Notes under the pieces: generated by a model | The model's database searches: none | What the model was told of the DNA's origin: nothing | The model's input: the letters and a program-made list of their open reading frames with translations, nothing else | Shown here: one piece after another, positions 63,101 through 64,000 of the stretch | How positions within the stretch are numbered: the stretch's first letter is position 1 | How the letters are laid out: every line of letters starts with the position of its first letter | Position numbers and translations under genes: made by a program | Source of the DNA: an uncultured Acidobacteriota bacterium | Lineage (GTDB): Bacteria; Acidobacteriota; Terriglobia; UBA7540 | DNA length: 64,000 nt | Assembly: GCA_963804995.1 (NCBI GenBank) | Contig: CAWDSK010000003.1 | Location: 864,001-928,000 of the forward strand | Reading direction: 5' to 3'

Positions 63101-64000
63101 ACGATCAATGTCAGCTTCCAACCCACTTCCTCCGGGCCGCTTACTGGCGCGCTGACTCTGACGGATTACACCGCCACCAGCCCGCAAACGGTAACCCTGA
63201 CCGGTACAGGGCTTACACCGGTGGTCAGCCTCTCGGCAACGAGCCTGACATTTGTGGGGCAAGGAGTTTCAACCACCAGCGCCTCGCAGCCTATCACGCT
63301 AACCAACACGGGGACTGGTTCGCTGACTTCCCTCACGATCATGGCCAGCGGTGACTTTGCCCAGACGAACAACTGCACTGCCCCGGTTGCCCCGACCGCC
63401 GGATGCACGATCAATGTCACGTTCACGCCCACGGCCCCCGGGAATCGAGCGGGCGCAGTAACACTTACGGACAGCGCAGCCAACAGCCCCCAAACGGTCA
63501 GCCTGAGCGGCACAGGGCTGGCGCCGGTGGTCAGCCTCTCAGCATCCAGCCTGACGTTTGCCGGACGATTAGTTTCGACCCCCAGCGCCTCGCAACCCAT
63601 CACGTTATCCAACGCCGGCCCAGGTGTGCTGACCTCCCTCACGATCGCTGCCAGCGGTGACTTTGCCCAGACGAATAACTGCACTGCCCCGGTTGCCCCG
63701 ACCGCCGGTTGCACAATCAATGTCACGTTCTCGCCCACCGCTATTGGCAATCGAACGGGTTCGGTGACGCTGACGGACAACGCGACCAACAGCCCCCAAA
63801 CGGTCAGCCTGAGCGGCACAGGGCTGGCGCCGGTGGTCAGCCTCTCAGCATCCAGCCTGACGTTTGCCGGACGATTAGTTTCGACCCCCAGCGCCTCGCA
63901 ACCTATCACGTTATCCAACGCCGGCACAGGCGCGGTGACCTCCCTCACGATCGCGGCCAGCGGTGACTTTGGCCAGACGAACAACTGCACTGCCCCGGTT
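60149..64000 (+). CDS. Large secreted/surface protein with seven SBBP beta-propeller repeats and tandem Ig-like (choice-of-anchor D/ASPM-Hydin-like) domains; runs off the window
   Basis: GAGGAGG-ATG at 60149; YGKLPLSFEVNEGQTD; seven ST(Y/F)LGG..GIAxD..GxAYVxG repeats; same frame confirmed at 61142, 62582 and 63962. Confidence 0.9.
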   Translation, partial: MFHTPRDFGARKAPLSPQAACVLIGLMLGFLILETNPNLPGNQPSSPSAASPTRLVANYGKLPLSFEVNEGQTDRAVKFLSRGSGYRLFLTGDEAVLALNKSSVVSGQSSVGTKLKPGIGVRESIAQPRQGTTDHRPRTTTSVLRMRLVGANAAAKTVGQEELPGKVNYFLGNDPKKWRTNVPTYAQVKYQDIYPSIDLVYYGNEGGQLEYDFVVAPGADPGAIRFALSGGLEVGQSAVGSGIPDQKLKIQGLTSKIESTGDLVIETAGRDIRLHMPLVYQSPSVGGQRTTDNGLRTVDCHYVLTASNQIRFALGAYDRTKPLVIDPVLSYSTYLGGSIFGYSNGIAVDSSGNAYVTGFTLSPDFPTVNPLQATYAGSLSGDSYDVGDVVITKLNATGSALVYSTYLGGSGNDTGYGIAVDSSGNAYVTGYTTSPDFPTVNPLQATLIEGSDAFVAKLNTTGSALVYSTYLGGSPFDTGYGIAADSSGNAYVTGQTYSTDFPTVNPLQATLQGNSNAFVTKLNAVGSAVYSTYLGGGGDRGNGIAVDSFGNAYVVGSTISSDFPTVNPLQATNLGGTVTVFVAKLNATGSALVYSTYLGGSMRDYGNGIAVDSSGNAYVTGETFSTDFPTVNPIQATCGAPHLGCDDAFVAKLNAAGSALVYSTFLGGTSANGGGNPGLGGNASINEGAGIAVDSSGIAYVTGSTVSLTFPIASPIQATCGSCEGVSTAFVAKLNAAGSALLYSTYLGGSLNDQGFGIAADSAGNAYVTGLATSTNFPVTPGAFQPTLHSGDLCGGAYITPCTSAFVAKLSPAPYTNLSGSSLSFGSVLVDATSPTQSVVLTAGGDAQLNLTSITASGDFALVTTGTSCPYGGGPIAFQATCTIDVSFKPTATGNRTGTATITDNAPGSPHLIQLSGTGIVSAPNISPMSLSFSGQLVGTSSASQPVTFTNTGPVALNISSLTISGGWTQSNNCLPSVAANASCTINVSFQPTSSGPLTGALTLTDYTATSPQTVTLTGTGLTPVVSLSATSLTFVGQGVSTTSASQPITLTNTGTGSLTSLTIMASGDFAQTNNCTAPVAPTAGCTINVTFTPTAPGNRAGAVTLTDSAANSPQTVSLSGTGLAPVVSLSASSLTFAGRLVSTPSASQPITLSNAGPGVLTSLTIAASGDFAQTNNCTAPVAPTAGCTINVTFSPTAIGNRTGSVTLTDNATNSPQTVSLSGTGLAPVVSLSASSLTFAGRLVSTPSASQPITLSNAGTGAVTSLTIAASGDFGQTNNCTAPV
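63221..64000 (+). repeat. Near-identical 306-bp (102-aa) intragenic tandem repeats
   Basis: GTGGTCAGCCTCTC at 63221, 63527 and 63833. Confidence 0.9.

Overview
GC-rich bacterial DNA, most likely Acidobacteriota (Terriglobia). This is inferred from an ADOP-type ABC permease, an Oar-like TonB-dependent receptor, many Tat-signal enzymes and a large SBBP/Ig-repeat surface protein. Most of the window is carbohydrate and amide catabolism: GH2, GH20, a GH42-like enzyme, nitrilase-family hydrolases, amidohydrolases, an FGGY kinase, Gfo/Idh/MocA oxidoreductases, NagA and an MFS transporter. It also holds a DRE-TIM/Ptb/AckA cluster and an M16 peptidase pair. An accessory island at about 21.5-31 kb carries degenerate signalling genes, a GIY-YIG-like protein, a DNA methyltransferase-Mrr fusion and two tRNA-like sequences that the ORF track cannot show. 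One of these is an intact cloverleaf with a 29-nt anticodon loop. Intergenic DNA is dense with REP-like palindromes, many nested inside terminal-inverted-repeat shells that resemble several different IS ends. A largely non-coding tract at 56.6-60.1 kb holds unexplained repeat arrays. A >1280-aa ORF (60149 to the window end) is missing from the ORF track. Many genes carry single-base frameshifts that look like long-read consensus errors. No CRISPR array, rRNA, integrase or transposase is visible.
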